Origin: Paraspadella gotoi
Taxonomy: Eukaryota; Animalia; Chaetognatha
Assembly (NCBI GenBank): GCA_051294375.1
Contig: CM119265.1
Coordinates: forward strand, 1,552,654-1,616,653
Length of the DNA stretch: 64,000 nucleotides
Direction: 5' to 3'
Both the position numbers and the translations under genes were made by a program. The notes under the pieces are model-generated. The model had not been told where the DNA came from, searched no databases, and saw only the letters and a list, made by a program, of their open reading frames with translations. Below are positions 14,801 to 28,055 of this stretch, piece after piece; the stretch's first letter is position 1; each line of letters opens with the position of its first letter.

Positions 14801-16242
14801 CGAGACGCTAGTGATGAGTCCGCCCCTTTTTCCATTTTTTACCTCTCACTACTTTTTCTTATTTCCACTCGTTGCTTCATTTCCTCTATACTTTATCACA
14901 CACGCGTGTTTTTTCTCCTCGTGATTATTTATTCATGTGCGCGGCACATATAATATATGCACTATTTTCTATTTTCCTCCATGTTCCCATTCTTCTCCTG
15001 ATAAATTCTTGACATTTTTAAAATAAGATTATAAGTACATCTCTCTCAACACCCTTCCACACCTCCTTTTCTCTCATTTTAAACGTTCCCCCTTTTCCCT
15101 CTTCTATTGTTTGAATTTTTTTCCCCCTTTCCATTTCCCTTTTGTCCATATTATTACTTATCTCTCTCTTTCTCCTCACTTTTTTTTCTTTCTCTTCTCT
15201 TTCCTTCTTTCACCTTCTACCTTTTTTCTTTTCTCTTCTCTTTTCCATTTCTTTCGCGCTTTTTTTTCTTATTTTCTCTTCTCTTTTTCCTTCGTTCAAT
15301 TTTTTTCCTTTTCTGCTTTCGTCTTTTCCTTTCTTTCACTTTTTTTCCTTTTTCTCTTCTCTTTTTCCTTTCTTTCACTTTTCTTTTTTTTTTCCTTATT
15401 CTCTTCTCTTTTTCCTTTCTTTCACTTTTTTCCTTTATTCTCTTCTCTTTTCCCTTCTTTCACATTTTCTTTTTTTTTTTCCTTTATTCTCTTCTCTTTT
15501 TCCTTTCTTTCACTTTACTTATTTTTCTCTTCTCTTCTCTTTTTCCTTTTCTTTTCTTTTTTTTTCCCTTTTTCTCTTCTCTTTTACGACCATCTTCTCT
15601 CTTCCGTCACTTTTTTATTGGCCGTCATTCTTGTCTCCTGTCAAACTAGAAACGAATATCGTCGTCGTCGTCGTCGTCTGTCGTCGTCGCTCGTTGACAT
15701 TTTACTAAAATCACTTTATTTCATTACTCATAGTCATTAGTAATAGGATATTTGCAATAAAGAATAACATATGCCTCTTAGATATTATGAATTCTCATTA
15801 ACGACTTCTAACAAGGAATGATGTATGATTGTATTATATAATATTAAAAACTAAGACAGATTGTATCTAACCTTGTTTGTATAGATGCTCCCTCTATTTC
15901 AAAAGACAACACTAAAAAGTACAATTAAAATTAATATAGCCTTTACTAAAATTGAAAATTTTCATATCTAATTTTTTACAAACGAGTGGAAATAAAAATA
16001 ATGATCGCTATTATTACAGTCTTTCTTGCATCTCTCATCGTTCTCGTCGTCCGATCGTCTCGTCGGTCGTTTCGTCGTGTGTCGTCCCCCGAGTCCAGAT
16101 TGAGGAGGTGAAAAGAAAAGAAACGAAGCGAAAAAAAATCTTTTGTTTCAAACGAAAACCGTAACAAGCAATAATGGCTCTCTCTCCTCTCTCTAACCTC
16201 TCTCTTTTCTTCAATCTCTCTCAACTTCCCTCTCTTCTCTAT

Positions 16243-16286
<44 letters not shown>

Positions 16287-16570
16287 ACTCTCTCTCCCTC
16301 TCCCTCTCTCCTTCTCTTTCTCTCTCTCCCTGTCTCTCTCTTTCTCTCTCACTCTCTCTTTCTCTTTCTCTTTTTTTTCTCTCTCTCGCTCTCTCTTATC
16401 TCTCTTTCTTCTCCCTCTCTCCCTCTCTCTCTCTATCTCTCTCTCTCTCGCACCTTCCCTCTCCCTCTCTCTCTTTAAGCCTCTTAAGCTTTTTCGCCAA
16501 CGGATTGTAAGCAAGCATTAGCAGCAGTCGCTACCTCTTTGCCTTAAATGTCACCAACTGTTACCATTTT
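8843..16570. other. Low-quality, pyrimidine-rich low-complexity stretch; probably noisy upstream or intronic sequence of the LEV-9-like gene
   Basis: Degenerate (CT)n and (CTTT)n tracts with no credible long ORF; begins at a 25-N gap. Confidence 0.55.
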
Positions 16571-16765
16571 ACGGTTTTCGTCGTCATCATCGTCATCATC
16601 ATCATCGTCTCTGTCTCTCTCTTTTCTTTTCTTTCTCTTCTTCTTCTTCTTCTTCCTCCTCTCACTCCTTTGCCATCAGTCACGGGGTTAGTCTCTCTCC
16701 TGAAAAGGGCAGCAGATTATAATTTTCCTTGAATCTCTTTCTTTGTTCAAGGGAAAGAAATGTAG

Positions 16766-16844
<79 letters not shown>

Positions 16845-16982
16845 AAAAAAGAAAGAAAGAAAGAAAAAATTCTTTGAAACAACCAGGTATTCTGGGAGTT
16901 AATAAAATATTAAAATATTAATTTTAAAAATTAATTAAAATATTTACAAACTATTTAAAACGCCGCCTATTTTTATTTCCAG

Positions 16983-17177
16983 ATCTGAAATGTCCCAAAC
17001 TCTCGACGCCGATCGACGGCAGCGTGACCTACGGCGTCGTCGGCGCCGGGGAACGGAAATTCGGCGCCGGAGCTTCGTTCGATTGCGGCGCCGGGTTTAG
17101 ACTTCGCGGTGCCAGGGAGAAAGTCTGCGGCAATGGAGGGGAATGGTGGCCGAGCGAGGAACCGGAATGTTTAGAGG
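16983..17177 (+). CDS. LEV-9-like exon: CCP domain 1
   Basis: ttccag|AT...TTAGAGG|gtgagt; translates DLKCPKLSTPIDGSVTYGVVGAGERKFGAGASFDCGAGFRLRGAREKVCGNGGEWWPSEEPECLE, with the 4-Cys plus Trp Sushi pattern. Confidence 0.9.
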
Positions 17178-20100
17178 GTGAGTAGGGGATTTTGATTGAT
17201 TTGATTTGATTTGATTTGATTTGATTTGATTTGATTTGGATTTGATTTGATTTGATTTGATTTGATTTGATTTGATTTGATTTTGATTTTGATTTGATTT
17301 TGATTTGATTTTGATTTGATTTATTTAATTGATTTATTTGATTTGATTTGATTTGATTTGACTAGTTTGATTGATTCGATTTAGTGATGGATTTAATTTT
17401 TTTATTGAATGATTTATTTATGGATTGATTGATGGATTATTTTATTTATAGACAGACTGAGTGCTTTACGGATTGATTGATTGATTATGGTATGATGATA
17501 TGTTCTAAACGAATGGACGAACGAATACGTACACATGAATATAAATGTAATAAATATGAAGAGCTAAACTATTTTAAATAAATATTTTAATGCTTCAGTT
17601 TCATCTTGTGAAAATGAAGGGTCGAGAGACGATTCGCCTTCTCAGGCAGAACCCACGAGAAGAAGACCGTTGAGTATATTGATTTAAAAAAAACATTATT
17701 AGAATATTTTATTATTTAATAGACTGTGAATAAATATTTTCAAATGAGTTAGGGTTTTTCTTTCTTTCTTTCTTTTGCTTCTTTTTTTTTTTTTTTTTTT
17801 TTCTTTTTTTCTGATCCAAGTTTATGAATTGTCAAGTATTTCATTTCCTTTTATGAATTATCTATTTATTCATTTACTTTTTTCTATTAAATCTTTTTTG
17901 TTCTTTCTTTCTTTCTTTCTTTCTTTCTTCTTTTCTTTCTTTTCTTTCTTTCTTTCTTTCTTCTTTCTTTCTTTCTTTCCTTTCTCTCTTTCTCTCTTTC
18001 TTTTTTTTTAATTTTTACTCCTTTTTTAATATTTAGCGCTACCTTCTTTCTTCTTTCCTTCTTCTTCCTTACTTTATTTACACATAAGATCTTTAGATAA
18101 TTGGGAAAAATCTTCGTTATCTACTTATTAATATTCATTGATAGATTGTATATACATATATACATTTACATTTACGTCGTTTGAGATTTAGATTTGTGGT
18201 GAAGTGTTCGTCAATTTTTGTTTTAATTTCGTTTAATTTCTGGTTTTTTTTTTCTCTCTTTTTTTTTATATTTTTTAATTTCCGCCAAAAAAAAATATTT
18301 TTTTTTTTTCATTTTTTCGTCAAAAAATAAAAACACGTGGATTTTGACGAATTAATTATCTACAAAAATATTTTAATCATATTCCCAACTGCACCTAATT
18401 GCAATATTATCATTAATTATCATTAATCCACATAATCGACGCACAAAAAATAATTATTAAAATTATTAAAATTATTAAAATTATAACGCACATGACATTT
18501 CACTGATTGATACTAATTAAACATCAAATAATCAATCACTTAACATCGTTTATATTTCACACATAAAATATTTTCACAATTTTACAATTTTCAAAACCAA
18601 AATCACTTTATCACTTAACCAATTTATCACTTAACCAATTTATCACTCCCAATGAATTAAATCACTTAACTAATCCCGTCTCGCCTGAATTCGGTCTCAC
18701 CTTTTGCCCGCTCTCGCCTGAATTCGGTCTCACCTTTTGCCCGCTCTTGCCTGAATTTGGTCTCTCCTTTTGCCCGCTCTCCCCTGAATTCGGTCTCACA
18801 TTTTGCCCGCTCTCGCCTGAATTCGGTCTCACCTTTTGCCCGCTTCGACTCGCTCTTCCCGCATTTTTGATCATTTCGTCTTTTGCTCTTTTGTTTATTC
18901 GTCGTATTTCGCCATCTAACAAATAAAAAAAAATTAAAACAACAACAAAAAACACAAAAACAAAAACGACAACGACAACAACAACAACAACCACAACAAA
19001 AAAACACATCGTCTGCCCACGAAAAATAAACCTTAATCGACCACAAATATCGTCTTTCCACAAAACCGCGCCAACCATCCACAACTTTTTCCTCGACCAC
19101 TCCCCGCGCTAAACCCGCTCGACTTCAGACCACTGCGGAGCGCCCCGCGAGATCGAGTACGCGTATCACGACGGCGATCCGCGCCGCGCTTTCTTTCCCC
19201 TCGATACGCAGCTGCTTTATCGATGCAAAGAAGGATACGAACCTTTTAACGGATTGCCCATTGCACATTGTGTCATCAGCGACATTGGCGGAATCGCAGT
19301 TTGGGTCGGACCAAAACTGAGTTGCAAACGTTTGCGTGTGGGTGGAGGAGGAGAGAGGGAGAGGGAGATTAGGATGAGAGAGAGAGAGAGAAGAGAGAGA
19401 AGATGAAGAGAGAGATGAGAGTGAGAGAGAGAGAGAGAGAGAGATGAGGAGGAGAGAGAGAGGATATAAATAAAAAGAGGCATGATAGAACTTCACTAAG
19501 ATTAGGAAAGAGAGAAAAGAAAATGTAAAAAAAGAAAAGAAAGGGAAAAGAGAAAAGAAAGGGAAAAGAAAAGAAAAGAAAGGACAAAGATAGGTGCGAT
19601 AAAAAATCGAATTCGCGGGGGAAATTTTAAAAAATAAAGGAGAAGTTTTTTATCGATTTTCTCAGAAATGACTTCGTTTTACGTTGAGAAGAAAAGTCGA
19701 ATGTCTTTTGTTTTTTCCTTCGAGTCGAAGTCTGAATTCGTTGATTAGTCCCGACATCTCGCGTGAAAGATAAAAAGCATTTTAAAGAATAAAAACAAAA
19801 GATTCTTCAATACTTGCATTAGTTATGATTTTAATCACTAACGTTTATTTCGCACTAAAAACTTTAAATTATTCCGCTTTTGTGAAAAAAAAATTGAATT
19901 CAACTTTTTTAACGATTATTTATTTATCTTCCCGCCCCAAAACAAACAAACAAAAATGCCCTAACAACAAAATTTGAAACGTAAACTTGAAAACAAATAT
20001 ATCTCCGACGACGACGACGACGACGACAACAATGACGACGACAACAATGACGACGACAACAACGACGTCCCTTTTTCCTTTCCGACTCTCACAACATCAA

Positions 20101-21637
20101 CCTCACTACATCAATCTCCTTCCTCAACTACATCAACGAATTCTCACCATCACATATCACACATTTTCCAAATCACTTTCCGAATCACCTCTCCCCCCAT
20201 GCCAACTGAAAACAAAAGCCCGCCATTGCGGTCACCCGGGCAAAGTGGCCAACGCCAAGCTGCTGGGCAAAAAGTTCGAGTTTCCCGCCATCGTGGAATT
20301 CGTCTGCAAGTCTGGATTCCGGGTTCAGGCGCCGGAAGGGATGTCGAACGCCCCCAAGTATCTCTCCAAGTTGGGGAAAATGAGATGCAGAAAGGACGGG
20401 AAGTGGGCGGGGATCAAACCCGTCTGCAAGTGTACGTAGAGATTTCATTTTCGTTTTCGTTTGGCTCATTTGAATAATTTTGATTGATTGATTGATTGAT
20501 TAATTGATTGATTTGATTGATTAATTGCTTGATTCATTGATTGATTATATTAACTTAATAGTTTAGTAACAAAGTAGTGCATTTGATCGATCGGAGTCCG
20601 ATTAAATCTCCGTTAGCCTTCTTTCCCGAAAGCACCCCTTTTCAGCTTAAATTTAAGAAATTGAGTTTCTTTTTTTTAGATAGAACGATTAGAATAAAGG
20701 AAAAGAATAGGGATTTGGTCCAAAAAATGGTGACAGTTTTTGTTAAGGATTAGGGTTAGGTTTAAGATTAAGAAACGAGGGTAAGAATTAAGGTTTAAGA
20801 TTAAGAAACATTTATAAAGTTATTAAGGTTAATAATTAGGGTTAATATTTAATTCAGAGATTAGGAACAGAAATAAGATGCTTTCGAAAAATAGTGCAAG
20901 TTCCGAAATGCGAGGAAAATCTGACGGGAAAATCTTTCATATTCAACGCTCTCAATATGAGAGGCGAGAGCCACACGTGGTCACAATATGAGAGGCGCAT
21001 GCCACACTTGGTCACAATATGAGAGGCGCATGCCACACTTGATCACAAATGTGTCTCTCCTTCACGACACACGTAATAAATATTTGTTGAAAAATAGTTT
21101 AAATTTTGTTAACTTAACTTAGCAAAGTAGACCCGAGTTTGGTTATCTGCTTCAGTTTTTTTTTTTTTTTTTAATTCTTTTAAATTATAATTAACAATTC
21201 TTCAATCATGATTTTTCGATGTTACTTTTATTTAAATATCTGATTTCGTTTCACTCTACATAATAACACATTTAACTAATTTTAATCATTTTTCGTTGTT
21301 GCAATTTTATCACATCTTTATTTATAGCGTGAACCACCATTCTTGCTAGCATCAGATGCAGTCAGTCAAGGCGATCGTCTTTTCTCACGTTTCATCCCTG
21401 TTTGCATCTTATGCAGCCATTCAATGCGATTGTCTTTTCTCAAGTTTCATCCCTGTTTGCATCTTATGCAGCCATTCAATGCGATCGTCTTTTCTCACGT
21501 TTCATCCCTGTTTGCATCTTATGCAGCCATTCAATGCGATCACTTACCCAAACTTCGTCACGGTTCGACCATCGGTGGAGAAACTTCGATCGGGGCAAAA
21601 GTCAGATTCAGCTGCAATTTCTCGTACAGGTGATTTG

Positions 21638-21670
<33 letters not shown>

Positions 21671-24048
21671 AATATTTATCTATTCGTTTAGTCATTTATT
21701 GTGCAGATATGTGATATTTCGTTATCAGTTATTTTATTGAGTCATAAATTTATTTATGAATACGATCATTCATTCATTCATTCATTCATTCATTAAATTA
21801 TTATTTCATTCATTCATTCATTCATTCTTTAAATTATTTGTTCATTCATTTATTCATTCATTTATTCATTTATTCATTCATTATTTTATTCATTCATTCA
21901 TTCATTCATTCATTCATTTATTCATTTATTCATTCATTCATTTATTCATTCATTCATTCATTCATTCATTCATTCATTTATTCATTCATTCGTTCGTTCG
22001 TTCGTTCACTTACCCTCCCAGACTCATCGGCCCGTCCGAACTTACATGCGGCAATGACGGGAAATGGAGCGGCGACGGCCTCATGCCCAAATGTCAAGGT
22101 GAGTCACATGACCATGTCAGGTGACATTGTCACGTGACATGGTTCTCGGCTGATCACGTGATTTTAGTTCACGCGTCCGGAGTCAAAGTTGATCTAAAAA
22201 AAAGCTGACGTGTTAATCTCAAGATGTCTTTTGTAAATATTCAAAATAATAATTAAAAATGCTAATAATTCACATCAAAAATAATATAAATATATATTGA
22301 AAAATAATAATAATAACAATTTAACAATATTTGTTTTCAATCGTAATCATGTTGTTAATACACGTTTTAAAAAGCAGAAAACATCTAATTTCAATTAAAA
22401 TACATAAATAATTAGTACTTTAGATTTACTAACAAAACTATATTAAATTACTATCTTTTCAATTTCTTCATTTCGCTGCTGGGATTAATATCGACAACAA
22501 CAACAACCGCTTTTCATTTTTTTATTTTATTTAAACTTGAAAATATAATTTTTTTTGAATTCTTATTTTTAATTTAAAAATATTCAATAATAATAAATAA
22601 ATAAAATCGGAATGAATCACAAACGTAAATATATCACACGCTGTACGAATTTGAATCACATTATGTCACAAACGCGCCACGGAACAAAAACACCGCGCCA
22701 TCCCAACGCCACACCAACGCCATCCAAAACGCCACTCCAACGCCACACCAACGCCATCCCAAACGCCACTCCAACGCCATCCCAAACGCCATCTTCAGCC
22801 TATTCCATCTACAAACGCGGTTCCTCTCATTCCATCTTTCCAGAGATTGACTCGGCAGAATTCTATCACCCTCACTTAAATCAAGTTCACATTCACAGAC
22901 GCAAAACTGTTTTCACGCCGACGAAGGGAAGAGCGAGAGAGAGAGGAGAGAGAACGGCGAGGCATTGCGTCATCGCAGGTAGAATGCCGTAGCTCGATGC
23001 CGTCGAGGGGTGTATTTAGAGTATTCGCTGTGTATTTACTACAGGGTGGGATTACCAAATATAATATTTTCTTTTCCATCGTAATTGTCCCCATAAATTA
23101 CTTTAAAAATATATCTAGAAGATTAGAAAACAAGTTATTGATTTTCATTATGTGATTTGTATCGAAATAATCGAAGTTAAAATAGTTATGGCATGTATCA
23201 TATTAATGATTTGCTTTTTTTTCCTTTACAAAAATATATAAAATAGTATATTTTTTTAATATTTATTTTTAAAAAGTCATTATTTCTTTTTTTTTCCAAC
23301 ATTATTATTCTTTTCAAAAAAAACCCTTTTTTTCGCTTTCTACTTCCGTCGGATAACTATTTAGCTCCTGGTAGGTTTTTTTATTACAATTACTTTACAT
23401 TCTTTACATGGCAATAAATTTTAACCCGATAAAAATGAATCATTCGATTCTTTGATATCAAGGATTTTCATTGGTCGGGCTCAATTTTCTGCCATCCAAT
23501 CAGAGTCGTCCTTTTTTTTTATTGAATTCTTATTTCAACGATCGCATGGATCGCATGGGATTATGTAATTAGATAATCTATTCTATTGGATGTGAATAAA
23601 ATTGGATGTGATTAAAATTGGATTAAAACCAACTGAAATTGTTCGTAGTAAAAATGATGTTATGGAAAGGTGGTTTGAATTAAAAGAGGCTTAAACTTAA
23701 AGAGTGAGAGGGAGAGAGAGGGAGAGAGAGAGAGGGAGAGCGAGAGGGAGAGAGAGAGAGAAAGTCTCTAAACCACCCCCTCCAAACACCTTCTCCAGAA
23801 ATCGACTGCAAATCTCCGGGAATTCTCCACAACGGATACATTGAAGGAGATCGAACGACTCTGGAATCGGTTATCGTCTTTCAATGCGTCGAGGGGGCGC
23901 AGTTCGACGGCGGCTCAGACAGAGCCATCTGTCGGGAGGACGGAACTTGGTCCCATCCGCTGCCTAAATGCTGGCGTGAGCGAGAAAGAGAGAATCGGGG
24001 AGGGGAAAGTCTTAGTTGTTGTTGTCGTCGTTGTTGTTGTTGTCTTCG

Positions 24049-24081
<33 letters not shown>

Positions 24082-26957
24082 CTTTTTGTCCTTTAATTAT
24101 GAATTTAAGATAGGAGTGAAAAAGTTAGAGGGGTCGATAATAACTTAAATTAAAACATTTGAATTAAGTATTGTTTTGTTTGTTTGTTGATTGTTGAGTA
24201 TAGCAGAAAAACTAATTTTACTTTGCACAACAAAGTACGCTGTTGAAGTTGATATCAATGTAATAAATACATTACTAATAATAATTATTATTGATGATTA
24301 TTAATGAGGTTTCACAGCCAAGATTTTACTATCCGTCTCGCTCTCACTTTTCTCCCTTTCTTCATGTANNNNNNNNNNNNNNNNNNNNNNNNNNNNNNNN
24401 NNNNNNNNNNNNNNNNNNNNNNNNNNNNNNNNNNNNNNNNNNNNNNNNNNNNNNNNNNNNNNNNNNNNNNNNNNNNNNNNNNNNNNNNNNNNNNNNNNNN
24501 NNNNNNNNNNNNNNNNNNNNNNNNNNNNNNNNNNNNNNNNNNNNNNNNNNNNNNNNNNNNNNNNNNNNNNNNNNNNNNNNNNNNNNNNNNNNNNNNNNNN
24601 NNNNNNNNNNNNNNNNNNNNNNNNNNNNNNNNNNNNNNNNNNNNNNNNNNNNNNNNNNNNNNNNNNNNNNNNNNNNNNNNNNNNNNNNNNNNNNNNNNNN
24701 NNNNNNNNNNNNNNNNNNNNNNNNNNNNNNNNNNNNNNNNNNNNNNNNNNNNNNNNNNNNNNNNNNNNNNNNNNNNNNNNNNNNNNNNNNNNNNNNNNNN
24801 NNNNNNNNNNNNNNNNNNNNNNNNNNNNNNNAAAAAAGAAAAGAAAAGAAAAGAAAAATAAGGAGTGAAGAAAGAAAGTGTATGAGAAAAAAGATAAAAG
24901 ATAAAGGGTAAAGAAAGGAATTTAGAAAAACAAGTAAGTTAAAGTTAAACTGTATAAATTGATTCCCGATTTCACCGCTCAACTCTCGATTACAATTTTT
25001 TTTTTTTTAAATATTTTAATCTTTTCCCTGTCTCATTTACTTTTATTCTTTTAACTTCTCTCTCTTTCTCTTCTCCTTTTTACCCCATCTCATTTATCTT
25101 CTCTCCTCTCTCCTTCTCCCCTCATTCCCGCTCTTTCCTCTCTCCTCCTCATTCCTCTCTCCTTCTTCTCCTCCTCCTCTCTCCTCTTTCCTCTTCCCTC
25201 TTCCTCCTCTCAGCCCCTTGCACAGAGCGCCCACCTTGGATCCGCAAAGGACGAGTTGTCTTCCACAATCACGATCACGGAAGCAAAGCGAGATACGAGT
25301 GCGATAGCGGGTAAGGATCAAGCAATCAATCAATCAATTCATCAATCAATTGATCATTTGATCAATTAATAAATTTATCGTTTATTCAATCAATCAAATA
25401 TTCATTCAAGTATTCATTTAATCATTTAAAAGATCAATGAAATAATCGATCGAACGACGAACCAATCAATCAATCAATCGGTTGATCATTTAATCAATCA
25501 ATCAAATATTCATTCAATTGTTCAACTAATCCTTTAATCAATAGATCAATGAAATAATCANNNNNNNNNNNNNNNNNNNNNNNNNCTCGATTACATTTTT
25601 TTTTTAAATATTTTAATCTTTTCCCTGTCTCATTACTTATATTCTTTTAACTTCTCTCTCTTTCTCTTCTCCTTTTTACCCATCTCATTTATCTTCTCTC
25701 CTCTCTCCTTCTCCCCTCATTCCCGCTCTTTCCTCTCTCCTCCTCATTCCTCTCTCCTTCTCCCCTCATTCCCGCTCTTTCCTCTCTCCTCTCATTCCTC
25801 TCTCCTTCTTCTCTCCTCTCTCTCCTCTTTCCTCTCCCTCTTCCTTCTCTCAGCCCTTGCACAGAGCGCCCACCTTGGATACGCAAAGGACGAGTTGTCT
25901 TCCACAATCACGATCACGGAAGCAAAGCGAGATACGAGTGCGATAGCGGGTAAGGATCAAGCAATCGATCAATCAATTCATCAATCAATTGATCATTTGA
26001 TCAATCAATAAATTTATCATTTATTCATCAATCAAATATTCATTCAAGTATTCATTTAATCATTTAAAAGATCAATGAAATAATCGATCGAACGACGAAC
26101 CAATCAATCAATCAATCGGTTTGATCATTTAATCAATCAATCAAATATTCATTGAATTATTCAACTAATCCTTTAATCAATAGATTAATGAAATAATCAA
26201 TCGAACGAAAAACCAATCTATCAATCAATCAATCCATCAAATCAATTGTTCTTTTAATCAATCAATCAATTTATCATTTATTCATTCAATTATTTAACTA
26301 ATCCTTTAATCAATAGATCAATGAAATAATCAATCGAACGGCAAACAATTTATCAATCAATCAATCAATTGATCATTTCCCACTTTCTTCCCCCGCGCCT
26401 CAAGATTCGCGTTAAACGTTGAGGCGAATCGAGCCGAACTCACTTGTCAATTCGGAAAGTGGTGGGAACGAAACCGGCCTGCGAAGCCAGTGAGTTTTGA
26501 CAGTGGAACCCTTGAGATTTGAAAGTAGAAACTGTGAAATTTGAGAGTGGAACCAGTGAGATTTGAAAGTAGAAACTGTGAAATTTGAGAGTGGAACCAG
26601 TGAGATTTGAAAGTAGAGTCTGTTAGATTTGAGAGTAGAACCCGTGAGATTTGAAAGTAGAATCTGTTAGATTTGAGAGTGGAACAAGTGAGATTTGAAA
26701 GTAAAATTTGTTAGATTTGAGAGTGGAAGCAGTGAGCATTAAAAGTGGAAACGCTTGCTATGTTTTAAAAGTTCTGACACCGTCTTGCTCTTGTTCATAT
26801 TGTAAATAAATTCCACTTTGGTTTCATGCTGAAATCTCTGTCTACTTACTTAAATGTTATATTTACATTTATATTTATAACTGTAACCCACGAGTATTGA
26901 GAGTAAAACCAATAAGATCTAGATGAGTAAACATCCAATCTCTCTCTCTCTCTCTCT

Positions 26958-26995
<38 letters not shown>

Positions 26996-27263
26996 ATCCC
27001 GCCCCCCGCCCCCCCGAAGAATACTGCCCGTTCCCTGGTTACATCGAAAATGGTCACATCTTCTTGGTCGGCAACTTAGGAGAATACGATTATCGCCCTT
27101 ACATCCCGAACGTCGGAGAAAGAAGAAAGATTCGTTACGATTGTAACAAAAACTTTAAACTCAAAGTAAGGAATTGACGGCAAGAAAAGACGGCTTGGTT
27201 AAATGGTTGAAAGTTACTATTTAAATATATTTGAATGATCAGTAAATACCTTCATTAAAAGAC

Positions 27264-27340
<77 letters not shown>

Positions 27341-27956
27341 GATTGATTGATTGATTGGTAGATTAGTTGATCGATTGACTCATTGGTCAATATACTTAGT
27401 AGAGATCCTATTGATTTATTGATTGATTGAATAACTGATTGATTGATTGAATAATTGATTGATTGATTACCAGGGACCAAACGCAGCCACCTGCGTCGAC
27501 GGCGACTGGAGCCCGGAGATGAAACCGACTTGCGTCCCTGGGAAACATCCGGATCTTGAGAGAGATTTGCGGGGAAGGAGATCAGTCGAGAGATTGGAAG
27601 GTGAGAAAGATTTAGGGAAAGATTTGCAGGGAAGGAGATCAGTTAGGAGATTGGAAGGTGAGAAGGATTTAGGGAAATATTTGCAGGGAAGGAGATCAGT
27701 CGAGAGATTGGAAGGTGAGAAAGATTTAGGGAAAGATTTGCAAGGAAGGAGATCAGTCGAGAGATTGGAAGGTGAGATAGATTTAGGGAAAGATTTTCAG
27801 GGAAGGAGATCAGTCGAGAGATTGGAAGGAGATATGTAATGTCAGAAATTTTGATAAATATTTGATTAGTTTATCATTAGGGCCGTCGAAGTGATTTTTT
27901 GAATCATAAGGTATTATCATGTATTTAATTTAAAGGCTAAATAGAACTTTCACCCC

Positions 27957-28055
<99 letters not shown>

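Noticed and set aside
9016-16521. Many long F/L/S-rich or E/R-rich ORFs in the ORF track (e.g. 14080-14739, 15107-15740)
   Set aside because: They are translations of CT/GA low-complexity tracts that lack stop codons by composition, and they are open in several frames at once.
18676-18860. CRISPR-like 33-bp repeats
   Set aside because: The units are head-to-tail with no unique spacers, there are no cas genes, and the context is a eukaryotic intron.
24291-24982. ORFs of about 200 aa
   Set aside because: They consist almost entirely of X residues from the N gap.
25854-25949. Mutually exclusive duplicated exon
   Set aside because: Near-identical flanks straddle a 25-N gap, so an overlap artefact is more parsimonious.
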